Source of the DNA: Nitrospirae bacterium CG1_02_44_142
Lineage (GTDB): Bacteria; Nitrospirota; Thermodesulfovibrionia; Thermodesulfovibrionales; UBA1546
DNA: 40,409 nt
Reading direction: 5' to 3'
Assembly (NCBI GenBank): GCA_001871685.1
Contig: MNVK01000096.1
Location: 1-40,409, forward strand
Shown: positions 1 to 9,104 of the stretch, one piece after another
How positions within the stretch are numbered: position 1 is the first letter of the stretch
How the letters are laid out: every line of letters starts with the position of its first letter
Made by a program: the position numbers and the translations under genes
The notes under the pieces: model-generated
Told to the model about the DNA's origin: nothing
Seen by the model: the letters and a program-made list of their open reading frames with translations, nothing else
Databases searched by the model: none

Positions 1-142
1 TAGATGGAACAGCATTTAAATCCTCTAATAAATTAAGAACCCATGTTACCTTTTGTGCAACTTTACAAGGCAAAGAATCAAGAAAATCCTGTATAGGACA
101 TTTACCATCCGCTGTCTTATAAAAGATAATGGTTCTATGCAC
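1..142 (-). CDS. RelE/ParE-superfamily toxin, Gp49/HigB-like (partial; continues past the left window edge)
   Basis: Not in the ORF track because it is open at the window edge. Minus-strand translation from GTG at 142 gives (M)HRTIIFYKTADGKCPIQDFLDSLPCKVAQKVTWVLNLLEDLNAVPS. The 'FY..DG.CP...FL..L' N-terminus is typical of Gp49-like RelE toxins. A stop codon lies 2 codons upstream of the GTG. Confidence 0.5.
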   Translation of the reverse strand, partial: MHRTIIFYKTADGKCPIQDFLDSLPCKVAQKVTWVLNLLEDLNAVPS

Positions 143-265
143 AAATTATGTTAACATCCACGTTAACATGTGTCAAGAGGCTACGCCTTTTGATAAACTC
201 CAGAAAGTTACTCTCCCCGGCGAGTCATGGACTGAATTAGTAAGCGAGAACACGCAGGCAGATTT

Positions 266-655
266 TTACCATTTTTCAACTTTTAAGCCCGTAATTGCAT
301 CAAAATGGACGTCATCCGTTACCAGTGTAAGGGCATACTGTTGAGCGATAGCAGCAATCCAGATATCATTTTCAGGAATTGGCTGACCTTTTTCTTTCAG
401 TTGGTTTTTTATCTTTCCATAGCTCTTAGCGGTTTCTGTATTGCATGAAAGGATGGTATTGTTTAGTGCAAATTCATCTATGCGATCGGTGTTTTCATGG
501 ATTTTGACTGATTTGCAGGCGCCAAAATACAATTCTCCAAGGGCAATGCACGGAATAAATACTTCTACAGCATTGGCTATTCGGCTATGAATTCGAGGGT
601 CTTTAGCAAAGAGAGCAATTATTATATTTGTATCAAGCAGGTATTTACCATTCAC
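266..655 (-). CDS. vapC: PIN-domain ribonuclease toxin (VapC family)
   Basis: 129 aa. It has the N-terminal 'YLLDTNIII' acidic strand and the C-terminal 'LVTDDVHF' motif. It overlaps the upstream small antitoxin ORF by 11 nt. Confidence 0.85.
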   Translation of the reverse strand: MNGKYLLDTNIIIALFAKDPRIHSRIANAVEVFIPCIALGELYFGACKSVKIHENTDRIDEFALNNTILSCNTETAKSYGKIKNQLKEKGQPIPENDIWIAAIAQQYALTLVTDDVHFDAITGLKVEKW

Positions 656-866
656 CGAGATCTACCTTCTCACAGTTTTCCTCTATTGCTTTTGTCATCA
701 GATGTAAATCATCAGCAGGGATAATCCCTCCGAAGCGTAAAAGGCTTTTCCCTTCTACTCCCTTAGGAATCAAAGATTTTACAAAATCAAGCACACGCAG
801 TTGAAGGTTGAGAGGAAGCTTGTCAATTTGAGCGATAAAATTATCTTTTATAAATGTGGTTGTCAT
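645..866 (-). CDS. Type II antitoxin, DUF2281-like N-terminus (VapB-position partner of VapC)
   Basis: 73 aa. The motif 'IDKLPLNLQLRVLDFVKSL' resembles the antitoxin at 14290-14487. It overlaps the vapC start. Confidence 0.65.
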   Translation of the reverse strand: MTTTFIKDNFIAQIDKLPLNLQLRVLDFVKSLIPKGVEGKSLLRFGGIIPADDLHLMTKAIEENCEKVDLGEW

Positions 867-1115
867 AAGGACGCCTCCTTTTGTGCAATTTTAACATATT
901 TCAATATAGTAAATAAAATAAGAAAATACGATCGTTGTCCCTATCTTCGTATTGAAAGAGTTACCTAATTACTGAGCATTAACAGCTGTCCCTATTTATC
1001 TTCATTTTCTTCTTTTTTCGGTCTCCCTTTTGGCTTTATCACAGCCTCAACTTTATATTCTTTCTCCACTTCCTTTATAAAATCCTCACTTCTATACATC
1101 ACCCTTATCTATGAT

Positions 1116-2123
<1,008 letters not shown>

Positions 2124-2480
2124 CTACTTAACCCTAACAGCTCTGTTCTCTGAATCCAGAATGACTATCCTGGGCTTGAACTTTCTTATGTCCTTGTCTT
2201 CAAAGTATCCGTAGCAGAATATGATAACCCTGTCGCCGACAGCGCCCTTTCTTGCCGTAGGCCCGTTCAGGCATATCATGCCTGAATTTTTTCTGCCGGG
2301 TATCACGTAAGTTTCAAACCTCTCGCCGTTATTCAGGTTGCTTATCATGACCTGCTCATAGGGAAGGATTCCGGCCTTCTTGAGTATAACCTCATCTATG
2401 GTGATGCTGCCCTCATACTCAAGATTCGCCTCTGTCACCTTTGCCAGGTGTATCTTTGACATAAGCATACACCTTAACAT
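2124..2480 (-). CDS. panD: Aspartate 1-decarboxylase proenzyme
   Basis: 118 aa with 'MLMSKIHLAKVTEANLEYEGSITID', including the Gly-Ser self-cleavage site. Confidence 0.95.
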   Translation of the reverse strand: MLRCMLMSKIHLAKVTEANLEYEGSITIDEVILKKAGILPYEQVMISNLNNGERFETYVIPGRKNSGMICLNGPTARKGAVGDRVIIFCYGYFEDKDIRKFKPRIVILDSENRAVRVK

Positions 2481-2490
2481 ATTGTCTCCT

Positions 2491-2769
2491 TCATTCTATT
2501 ATCCTCGGCACCCTGTAAAATTTATCCGTATGGTCAGGGGCATTCGCAAGGGCGTCTTCCTTTGATAGTGAATCCCTCTGAATATCCTCGCGCAGGACAT
2601 TGCTTAATGAGACTGCATGGGAGGTAGGTTCAACGTCTTTTGTGTCAAGTTCATTTAGTTTTTCCATATAACTCAGGATGCCTTGAAGCTGCGCTCTGAA
2701 AGCCTCTGCTTCCTTTTCGGAAACCGACAACCTTGCAAGTTTTGCGATATGTTCAACGGATATCTTCAT
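2491..2769 (-). CDS. gatC: Asp-tRNA(Asn)/Glu-tRNA(Gln) amidotransferase subunit C
   Basis: 92 aa with 'VEHIAKLARLSVSEKEAEAF...L.YMEKLNELDT..VEPTSH', the typical GatC pattern. It overlaps the pcrA stop by 4 nt. Confidence 0.9.
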   Translation of the reverse strand: MKISVEHIAKLARLSVSEKEAEAFRAQLQGILSYMEKLNELDTKDVEPTSHAVSLSNVLREDIQRDSLSKEDALANAPDHTDKFYRVPRIIE

Positions 2770-4871
2770 ATCTTCTCAAGATTTGCGCATCTGAGAGCGA
2801 GCCTCTTTACTCCCACATCCGGAAAATTTACCATCACTTTCTGTTCGTCTCCATCTCCATAACATTCCCTTATAACGCCTACTCCCCATTTGGGATGCTT
2901 TACCCTGCAGCCGATAATATAGAGCAGCGGCTTTTTAAATTGAACAGCTCTCTTCACAGAAACTGTGTTCGGCTGAGGACTTGCCGATTTCTCTATGCGC
3001 TGGCAGCACTGCTGAGGTATATCGGCAAGAAATCTTGACGGCTCCTGCTCTTGTACCTTTGTATTATATAACCTTCTCTTTTTCGTGCCGGTAAGCCATA
3101 ACACATTTTTTGCCCGCGTCATGCCCACATAGAATAACCTCCGCTCCTCTGATATCTCATCTTCATTCTGAAGCGCCTTAAAATACGGCATGAGCCCGTC
3201 TTCAAGCCCGGCAACAAAAACAACGGGAAATTCAAGGCCTTTTGTGCTGTGCAGTGTCATAAGCGATACGGAATTCTCTGCATTAATATCATCCATAGCG
3301 GTCAAGAGCGCCGCCCTGTCGCTGAAATCACCTATATCTTTTCCCTCTGCAGATGCAATAAGTTCATATATATTATGAGTTTTATCTTCCTCCACAGAAT
3401 CCATATATCCTGTTTTTTCAATTATCGCCTTCAGCATATCCGCGGCTGACCTGTATTCGTCAGAGGCGATGTGTTCTATGAGCTTGACAAAGCCGCCGAG
3501 TTTTCCCCTGACAGACAGAGCAACGCTGTTTGCCTTTAATATCGCCTTAATCGCAGCAAAGAGACTTAACGATTTATTCTTTGCTTCATGCTCTATTTTT
3601 GAGAGCGTTGCAGCGCCTATCCCTCTCACAGGACAGTTTATTATCCGTCTGAGGCTCACATTGTCATCATGATTTACGGCAAGGCGCATATATGCGATAA
3701 TATCTTTTATTTCCTTCCGATGATAGAAACTTATTCCGCCCATAACCCGATACGGAATCCTCTCGTCTCTCAGCGCATCCTCTATCGCCCTGGCCTGAAA
3801 ATTTACCCGGTAAAGCACAGCAAAATCCTTATAGCGGCATTCTCCCTTCAGATAAAGTTCCTTTATCATGGCTGCTATATGTTTCGCCTCGTCTTCCTCT
3901 GTATTGAACCAGCAGTAATAGACCTTCTCGCCGCAGCCCCTCTCTGTCCATAACTTCTTCGGCTTCCTGTCAGAGTTGCCGGCTATTACAGCGCCGGCAA
4001 CATCAAGTATGTTCTGTGTTGAGCGATAGTTCTGCTCAAGTTTTATGACCTTGGCCCGTGGAAAATCCTTTTCAAAGTTAAGAATATTCCTGACGTCGGC
4101 GCCCCTGAATTTGTATATGCTCTGGTCGTCGTCGCCGACAACACAGATATTATCCCTTGCGGCCAGTAATTTTAACAGACGGTACTGAGCATAGTTTGTA
4201 TCCTGAAATTCGTCAACCAGAACATAATTGAATATAGTCCTGTATTTTTCAAGCAGTAACGGGTTCTCCTCAAAAAGCTTAACCGCAAGCATTATGAGGT
4301 CGTCAAAGTCCAACGCATTGGACCTCTTTAATTCATCTTGATACCTCACATAGACCTTTGCAAGTTTTTCATCAAATCCAAAACCGTCTGTTTTTGAAAG
4401 AAACTTGCTCGGGGTTACAAGTGAAGACTTCAAGGAACTTATCCTGGAAGCAACCCCCTTATACATCGCCTCGTATATCCTGAACTCCTTCAGTATGTGC
4501 CTTATAAGATTACAATGGTCGTCAGTATCGTATATTAAAAAATTATTATTGTAGCCGAGCGCCTTTATCTCTTTCCTGAGTATCCTGTTGCACTGCGAAT
4601 GGAAGGTGCCTATCCATGAACCGTCCATATCCTTTCCAATGAGCAGGGCTATTCTGCGCTTCATCTCATCGGAGGCCTTGTTTGTAAAGGTGACAGCAAA
4701 GATTGAATGCGGAGAAACCTTGTTTGACTTTGCAAAATATGCAAACTTATGAGTAATAACCCTGGTCTTGCCGCTGCCTGCGCCTGCAAGCACAAGAAGC
4801 GGACTTCCTTCATGGAGCACCGCCTCTTTTTGCATGGGATTCAGGCCCTTCAATAAAAGCTCTCTTGACAT
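2766..4871 (-). CDS. pcrA: ATP-dependent DNA helicase, UvrD/PcrA family (SF1)
   Basis: Walker A 'AGAGSGKT', 'DEFQDTN', 'VGDDDQSIYKFRGA', 'QNYRST' and 'TLHSTKGLEF' helicase motifs. Confidence 0.9.
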   Translation of the reverse strand: MSRELLLKGLNPMQKEAVLHEGSPLLVLAGAGSGKTRVITHKFAYFAKSNKVSPHSIFAVTFTNKASDEMKRRIALLIGKDMDGSWIGTFHSQCNRILRKEIKALGYNNNFLIYDTDDHCNLIRHILKEFRIYEAMYKGVASRISSLKSSLVTPSKFLSKTDGFGFDEKLAKVYVRYQDELKRSNALDFDDLIMLAVKLFEENPLLLEKYRTIFNYVLVDEFQDTNYAQYRLLKLLAARDNICVVGDDDQSIYKFRGADVRNILNFEKDFPRAKVIKLEQNYRSTQNILDVAGAVIAGNSDRKPKKLWTERGCGEKVYYCWFNTEEDEAKHIAAMIKELYLKGECRYKDFAVLYRVNFQARAIEDALRDERIPYRVMGGISFYHRKEIKDIIAYMRLAVNHDDNVSLRRIINCPVRGIGAATLSKIEHEAKNKSLSLFAAIKAILKANSVALSVRGKLGGFVKLIEHIASDEYRSAADMLKAIIEKTGYMDSVEEDKTHNIYELIASAEGKDIGDFSDRAALLTAMDDINAENSVSLMTLHSTKGLEFPVVFVAGLEDGLMPYFKALQNEDEISEERRLFYVGMTRAKNVLWLTGTKKRRLYNTKVQEQEPSRFLADIPQQCCQRIEKSASPQPNTVSVKRAVQFKKPLLYIIGCRVKHPKWGVGVIRECYGDGDEQKVMVNFPDVGVKRLALRCANLEKI

Positions 4872-4938
4872 TACAACTCCTTTTTTAAATTAACAAATAC
4901 ATTTTATGCGTGTCCATCTTGCATCACAAGAACGGCTC

Positions 4939-6765
4939 TCACTCTACGGTTACACTTTTAGCCAGATTCCTGGGCTGGTCAACATCGCATCCTCTCAGCA
5001 CTCCTATATGATACGCAAGAAGCTGCAGTGGTATTGCCATCAAAATTGCCGACAGAAAAGAATTAGTCTCAGGCACAAAGATGCAATAATCAGAACGGCT
5101 GCATACCTCTTTGTTGCCCTCGTCAGTTACTGCTATAATCCTGCCCCCCCTGCTTCTTACTTCTTCTATATTAGATAGAACCTTCGCATAAAGTCTACCC
5201 CTCGGCGCTAAAAATACAGACGGAAGAGCCTCGTCAACAAGCGCTATCGGGCCATGTTTCATCTCTCCGGCAGGATAACCCTCCGCATGAATGTAAGATA
5301 TTTCCTTGAGCTTAAGCGCGCCTTCAAGCGCAATAGGATAATTTATACCCCTCCCCATATACAGAAAATCATCAGCCTTAAACAATTCCCTTGCTATACG
5401 TTCAATTGCATTGTCTGCCGCAAGAACCTTCTCAACCAGCGTTGGCAGAAAAAGGAGAGCCCTGAGCAATTCCATAGCTGAATCGCCGCGGACAGTCCCC
5501 TTAAGCCTGCCGAGTCCTATTGCAAAGAGATAAAGCCCTACTATCTGGGTAGTGAAGGCCTTTGTTGATGCAACGCCTATCTCAGGGCCTGAATGCGTAT
5601 AGAACACGGCATCCGCCTCTCTTGATGCAGTGCTGCCCACAACATTGCATATGCTCAAGGTCTTTGCGCCGAGCCGCTTTGCCTCCCTCTGGGCAGCAAG
5701 CGTATCTGCCGTTTCCCCCGACTGCGTTATAGCTATCAGAAGGCTGTCCTGCCCCAGCACCGGGTTTCTGTATCTGAATTCTGATGCTATATCCACATCC
5801 ACCGGAACCCTTGCCAACTCTTCTATCATATATTTCCCGACCAGGGCGGCATGCCATGACGTGCCGCAGGCCACAATAAAAATTCTTTGCGCCTTTTTCA
5901 GGTCTTCCTCTTTTATGCCAAACTCATCCATATTCACTTGACCGCTTTCCGGATAAAACCTTCCCCTCAGAGTATCTGCTATTGCCCTGGGCTGTTCATA
6001 TATCTCTTTAAGCATAAAATGCTTGTAGCCGCCTTTTTCAGCCATGGCCGGGCTCCATGAAACTGACACAACTTCTTTCTGAACAGGCGCGCCGTCAAGG
6101 GTTGTCACAACCACGCCGTCGCCTGTCATAACAACCATCTCTCCATCATCAAGAAATATCACATCTCTTGAATAGCTGAGGAAGGCAGGCACATCAGACG
6201 CCAGGAAAAATTCTCCGCCGCCCAGGCCGACAACCAGAGGACTGTCTTTTTTCACGCCAACAATCTTGCCGCGTTCTTTTTCATTCATTACTGCAAGGGC
6301 GTATGCCCCCTTGACCTCCTTAAGCGCTTGTCTGACAGCATCTTCCAGAGGATAATCCGCGGCATATTTTTCTGTCAGATGGCATAGGACCTCTGTGTCG
6401 GTCTCTGATGTAAACTTATATCCCTCATCAATCAGTTTCTTTTTAAGCGGGAGATAATTTTCTATTATCCCGTTGTGCACAATTACTATCCCGTTTGACC
6501 TGTGAGGATGGGCATTTTCTTCTGACGGCCTTCCGTGAGTCGCCCATCTTGTGTGCCCTATGGCGGTAGAGCTGAAGGGTTTGTCAGAGTCTATAATCGC
6601 AGACAGGTTTTTAATCTTTCCTGTGCACTTCCTTATCTCTATGCCTTTTTCATTAAAAAATGCGATTCCCGCAGAATCATACCCCCTGTATTCAAGGCGC
6701 TTGAGCCCTTCAAGTATTATTGAAACCGCATTATTTTTGCCTGTATAACCTATTATTCCGCACAT
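4939..6765 (-). CDS. glmS: Glutamine--fructose-6-phosphate aminotransferase
   Basis: Start trimmed to 'MCGIIGY' because the N-terminal nucleophile Cys must follow the initiator Met. Two SIS domains are present, with the C-terminal 'DQPRNLAKSVTVE'. The 10 extra N-terminal codons in the track ORF are read out of a heptamer repeat. Confidence 0.95.
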   Translation of the reverse strand: MCGIIGYTGKNNAVSIILEGLKRLEYRGYDSAGIAFFNEKGIEIRKCTGKIKNLSAIIDSDKPFSSTAIGHTRWATHGRPSEENAHPHRSNGIVIVHNGIIENYLPLKKKLIDEGYKFTSETDTEVLCHLTEKYAADYPLEDAVRQALKEVKGAYALAVMNEKERGKIVGVKKDSPLVVGLGGGEFFLASDVPAFLSYSRDVIFLDDGEMVVMTGDGVVVTTLDGAPVQKEVVSVSWSPAMAEKGGYKHFMLKEIYEQPRAIADTLRGRFYPESGQVNMDEFGIKEEDLKKAQRIFIVACGTSWHAALVGKYMIEELARVPVDVDIASEFRYRNPVLGQDSLLIAITQSGETADTLAAQREAKRLGAKTLSICNVVGSTASREADAVFYTHSGPEIGVASTKAFTTQIVGLYLFAIGLGRLKGTVRGDSAMELLRALLFLPTLVEKVLAADNAIERIARELFKADDFLYMGRGINYPIALEGALKLKEISYIHAEGYPAGEMKHGPIALVDEALPSVFLAPRGRLYAKVLSNIEEVRSRGGRIIAVTDEGNKEVCSRSDYCIFVPETNSFLSAILMAIPLQLLAYHIGVLRGCDVDQPRNLAKSVTVE

Positions 6766-6772
6766 ATTAAAA

Positions 6773-6786
6773 CAGTGAACAGTGAA
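6773..6786. repeat. Heptamer word repeat CAGTGAA x2 (left flank of hairpin element copy A)
   Basis: CAGTGAACAGTGAA lies directly upstream of the glmS start. Related words are at 6843-6864 and 36099-36166. Confidence 0.6.
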
Positions 6787-6791
6787 GCGAA

Positions 6792-6838
6792 ACAACCCCT
6801 TTTATTCCCCCTTTGTTAAGGGGGATTGAGGGGGTTGT
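6792..6838. repeat. Nested C-run/G-run double-hairpin element, copy A (degenerate, intergenic glmU/glmS)
   Basis: ACAACCCC-TTTTATT-CCCCC-TTTGTTAA-GGGGG-ATTGA-GGGGGTTGT. The inner and outer C/G runs can both pair. Confidence 0.75.
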
Positions 6839-6842
6839 CCGG

Positions 6843-6864
6843 CAGTGAGTGAATAGTGAATAGT
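6843..6864. repeat. Heptamer word repeat (C)AGTGA(G/A)T x3 (right flank of copy A)
   Basis: CAGTGAGTGAATAGTGAATAGT. Confidence 0.6.
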
Positions 6865-6876
6865 TTAAATAAAACA

Positions 6877-8352
6877 CTATTTGTTTCCTTTCTTTTTAAC
6901 TTTGAATTTTGAACTTTGAATTTTGAATTTTTTTCGTGCCCATCCCTCTATGTTCTTTTGCTCTACCCTGCTCACTGAAAGCGACATGGCAGGAACGCAC
7001 TTGGTAATGGTAGAGCCTGCGCCTATGTATGCGCCTCTGCCAACTCTTACAGGCGCAATTAGCTGAGTGTCGCTGCCTATAAAAGCGCCGTCTTCTATTG
7101 TTGTCCTGCTCTTCTTTTTGCCGTCATAATTGCATGTTATTGTGCCTGCCCCGATATTGACGCCCTTTCCTATAGAGGCGTTACCGAGGTAACTGAGATG
7201 AGACGCCTTGGTCCCGCCGCCGAGCACAGATTTTTTGACTTCAACAAAATTCCCTATCTTTGCCTCGGAGCCGATATCGCATCCGGGCCTGATATGGGCA
7301 AAAGGCCCAACCACTGCTTTAGCCCGAATAACAGAACCCTCTATCACAGTAGAGTCCTTCACTACAACCCCATCCTTGATAACGCTGTCAACAATGCGCA
7401 CATTCGGATATATAGTGCATCCTCTGCCTATTTCGGTCCTGCCTTCAAGACAGACGTCAGGATAAATAGTTGTATTATTTCCTATAACAACGCTGTCTGA
7501 GATAAAGACTGAATCGTGGTCAAAAAATATAACACCCTTTTTAATCCAGGCGTCAGCCAGTCTCTCCCTGAATATTTTCCGCGCCTTCATCAGTTCAGGT
7601 ATTGTATTAACTCCCATCATCTCATCCTCAGAACCTATGCAGTAGGCATTTATTTTATAGCCCTTGTTTCCGGCGATGCCGATAATATCTGTAAGGTAAT
7701 ACTCACCCTTTGCAGCATTCAGGGGAATTTCTTTAAGCAGCGCTAAGGCTCCGGATTTTATAGCATATACTCCGCTGTTAACCTCATTGATTTTTCTCTG
7801 AGCCTCTGTTGCATCCTTATCCTCTACAATTGAGTTAATACGGCTGTTTCTGTCCCTTAATATTCTTCCGTATGAAGCAGGATTTGCCGCAGCAAATGAG
7901 ATAAGAGAAATATCATTCTTCCCTCTGAGGTGCAAACTGAGAAATTTCTTCAATGTCTCTGATGTAATGAGCGGGACGTCTCCGTTTAATACGAGTATCG
8001 TGCCTATGAAATCTTTCAGTCCGCCTAAGGCGGATTTTGCCCTTACAAGCGCATCGCCTGTCCCATTGGGTTTTTTCTGTATAACAAACGAAAGGCTGCT
8101 CTGTTTCCCTTTAGTAATCCCCTCTCGCCCCCCTTTAATAAAGGGGGGATGGGGAGATTTATTAATAGCATCTTTTATTTCCCCGTAATTCTTTCCAACT
8201 ACAATTACGATTTTTGACGGCTTAAGCCCTGATGCGGAATCAATTACACACTGCAGCATAGGTTTATCAAAAATTCCATGCAGAACCTTCGGCAAGGGAG
8301 AATTCATCCTCTCGCCCCGTCCTGCCGCCAGGATAACCACTGCAAGTTTCAT
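6877..8352 (-). CDS. glmU: Bifunctional UDP-N-acetylglucosamine pyrophosphorylase / glucosamine-1-phosphate N-acetyltransferase
   Basis: 'VILAAGRGERM', 'PKVLH' and 'NGTGDA' mark the nucleotidyltransferase domain, followed by long left-handed beta-helix hexapeptide repeats. The ORF carries an in-frame repeat insertion (8118-8155) and a repeat-encoded C-terminal tail (6900-6934). Confidence 0.9.
   Translation of the reverse strand: MKLAVVILAAGRGERMNSPLPKVLHGIFDKPMLQCVIDSASGLKPSKIVIVVGKNYGEIKDAINKSPHPPFIKGGREGITKGKQSSLSFVIQKKPNGTGDALVRAKSALGGLKDFIGTILVLNGDVPLITSETLKKFLSLHLRGKNDISLISFAAANPASYGRILRDRNSRINSIVEDKDATEAQRKINEVNSGVYAIKSGALALLKEIPLNAAKGEYYLTDIIGIAGNKGYKINAYCIGSEDEMMGVNTIPELMKARKIFRERLADAWIKKGVIFFDHDSVFISDSVVIGNNTTIYPDVCLEGRTEIGRGCTIYPNVRIVDSVIKDGVVVKDSTVIEGSVIRAKAVVGPFAHIRPGCDIGSEAKIGNFVEVKKSVLGGGTKASHLSYLGNASIGKGVNIGAGTITCNYDGKKKSRTTIEDGAFIGSDTQLIAPVRVGRGAYIGAGSTITKCVPAMSLSVSRVEQKNIEGWARKKFKIQSSKFKVKKKGNK
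6900..6934. repeat. Tandem TTGAAnT words (about 4.5 units) forming the 3' end of glmU
   Basis: CTTTGAATTTTGAACTTTGAATTTTGAATTTTTTT. Read on the minus strand it gives KKFKIQSSKFKV. A related word pair (TTCAAATTCAAAT) is at about 31786-31798. Confidence 0.6.
8118..8155. repeat. Nested C-run/G-run double-hairpin element, copy B (inside the glmU CDS, in-frame)
   Basis: TCCCC-TCTCG-CCCCCC-TTTAATAAA-GGGGGG-AT-GGGGA. It translates on the minus strand as SPHPPFIKGGREG. Confidence 0.8.
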
Positions 8353-8966
8353 TCTTTTGACTCCGATATGCGTGACGGCGCTGCAATGCCGCCTGAAAGT
8401 ATTATCTTTATGCCCTCCTCTATCGGAATGTCCGTATAGAAGACGTCGCCTTCGCCCAGCAGGACTATCTCGCCGAGATACAGATTATTCGTAGGTACAT
8501 ATACCGCCCTGAGGTATGATTCTTGGCCGTTTTTAGACGCCTTTACCGTACACTCTTTGGTCAGGAAGCCGAATGCATAGACTCCCTGTCTGGGGTATTC
8601 AACTATCACAAATTTCTTGAATGAACTTTTGTTTTCAGGCGAGAATGCGTCAACAAGCTGCTTTATTGCCGCATAAATGCCCTTGAACACAGGTATTCTG
8701 ACAACAGCCTTTTCAAAAAACTCTATTAACTTTTTACCGAAGACATTCGTTGATATTATGCCTATAAGAAATATCAGAATTACCGCAGATATGAATCCGA
8801 GGCCGGGGACCTGGTAGCCCAGCATCTTGTTGTAAAGGGGACCCAGTATGCCGTCAATAAACTCAAAAAACCATACGATAACTAAAACAGTAATTACCGC
8901 AGGAATTGAGACAATCAGTCCAGCAAGAAATTTTCTTTTAAGGACAGCGCGCATAGAAGTTGACAT
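8349..8966 (-). CDS. DUF502-family membrane protein
   Basis: It has two N-terminal TM helices followed by 'GKKLIEFFEKAVVRIPVFKGIYAAIKQL', which is DUF502-like. Start set at the ATG at 8966 (MSTSMRAVLKRK); the ATG at 8954 is an alternative. It overlaps the glmU start by 4 nt. Confidence 0.75.
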   Translation of the reverse strand: MSTSMRAVLKRKFLAGLIVSIPAVITVLVIVWFFEFIDGILGPLYNKMLGYQVPGLGFISAVILIFLIGIISTNVFGKKLIEFFEKAVVRIPVFKGIYAAIKQLVDAFSPENKSSFKKFVIVEYPRQGVYAFGFLTKECTVKASKNGQESYLRAVYVPTNNLYLGEIVLLGEGDVFYTDIPIEEGIKIILSGGIAAPSRISESKE

Positions 8967-9037
8967 ATTGTTATTTATAATAACGCCGCAGGCATTGATA
9001 TTGCAAGAGCCTACATGGTGCATAACACAGGATTCAA

Positions 9038-9080
9038 CCCCCCTCTATCCCCCCTTAGTAAGGGGGGAATTAAAGGGGGG
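9038..9080. repeat. Nested C6/G6 double-hairpin element, copy C (archetype, intergenic)
   Basis: CCCCCC-TCTAT-CCCCCC-TTAGTAA-GGGGGG-AATTAAA-GGGGGG. Confidence 0.85.
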
Positions 9081-9098
9081 TATCGTGCATCGTGCATC
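9081..9098. repeat. Heptamer word repeat ATCGTGC x2 abutting copy C
   Basis: TATCGTGCATCGTGCATC. The same word family occurs at 25497-25524 and 37314-37346. Confidence 0.6.
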
Positions 9099-9104
9099 CT
9101 TTCA

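Noticed and set aside
129-344. 71-aa plus-strand ORF at the left end.
   Set aside because: It overlaps the RelE-like N-terminus and the vapC 3' end on the opposite strand. It has no motifs and no RBS.
992-1099. 35-codon minus-strand ORF (MYRSEDFIKEVEKEYKVEAVIKPKGRPKKEENEDK) between galE and the VapBC module.
   Set aside because: The only SD-like sequence (AAGGGTG) abuts the ATG with no spacing. No homology was recognised and the composition is low-complexity. It is possibly real but unsupported.
6766-6876. A glmS ribozyme or other riboswitch upstream of glmS.
   Set aside because: The glmU-glmS gap is only ~110 nt and is filled by the hairpin element and heptamer words. No glmS-ribozyme-like core was recognisable. 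The genes look like a simple glmU-glmS operon.
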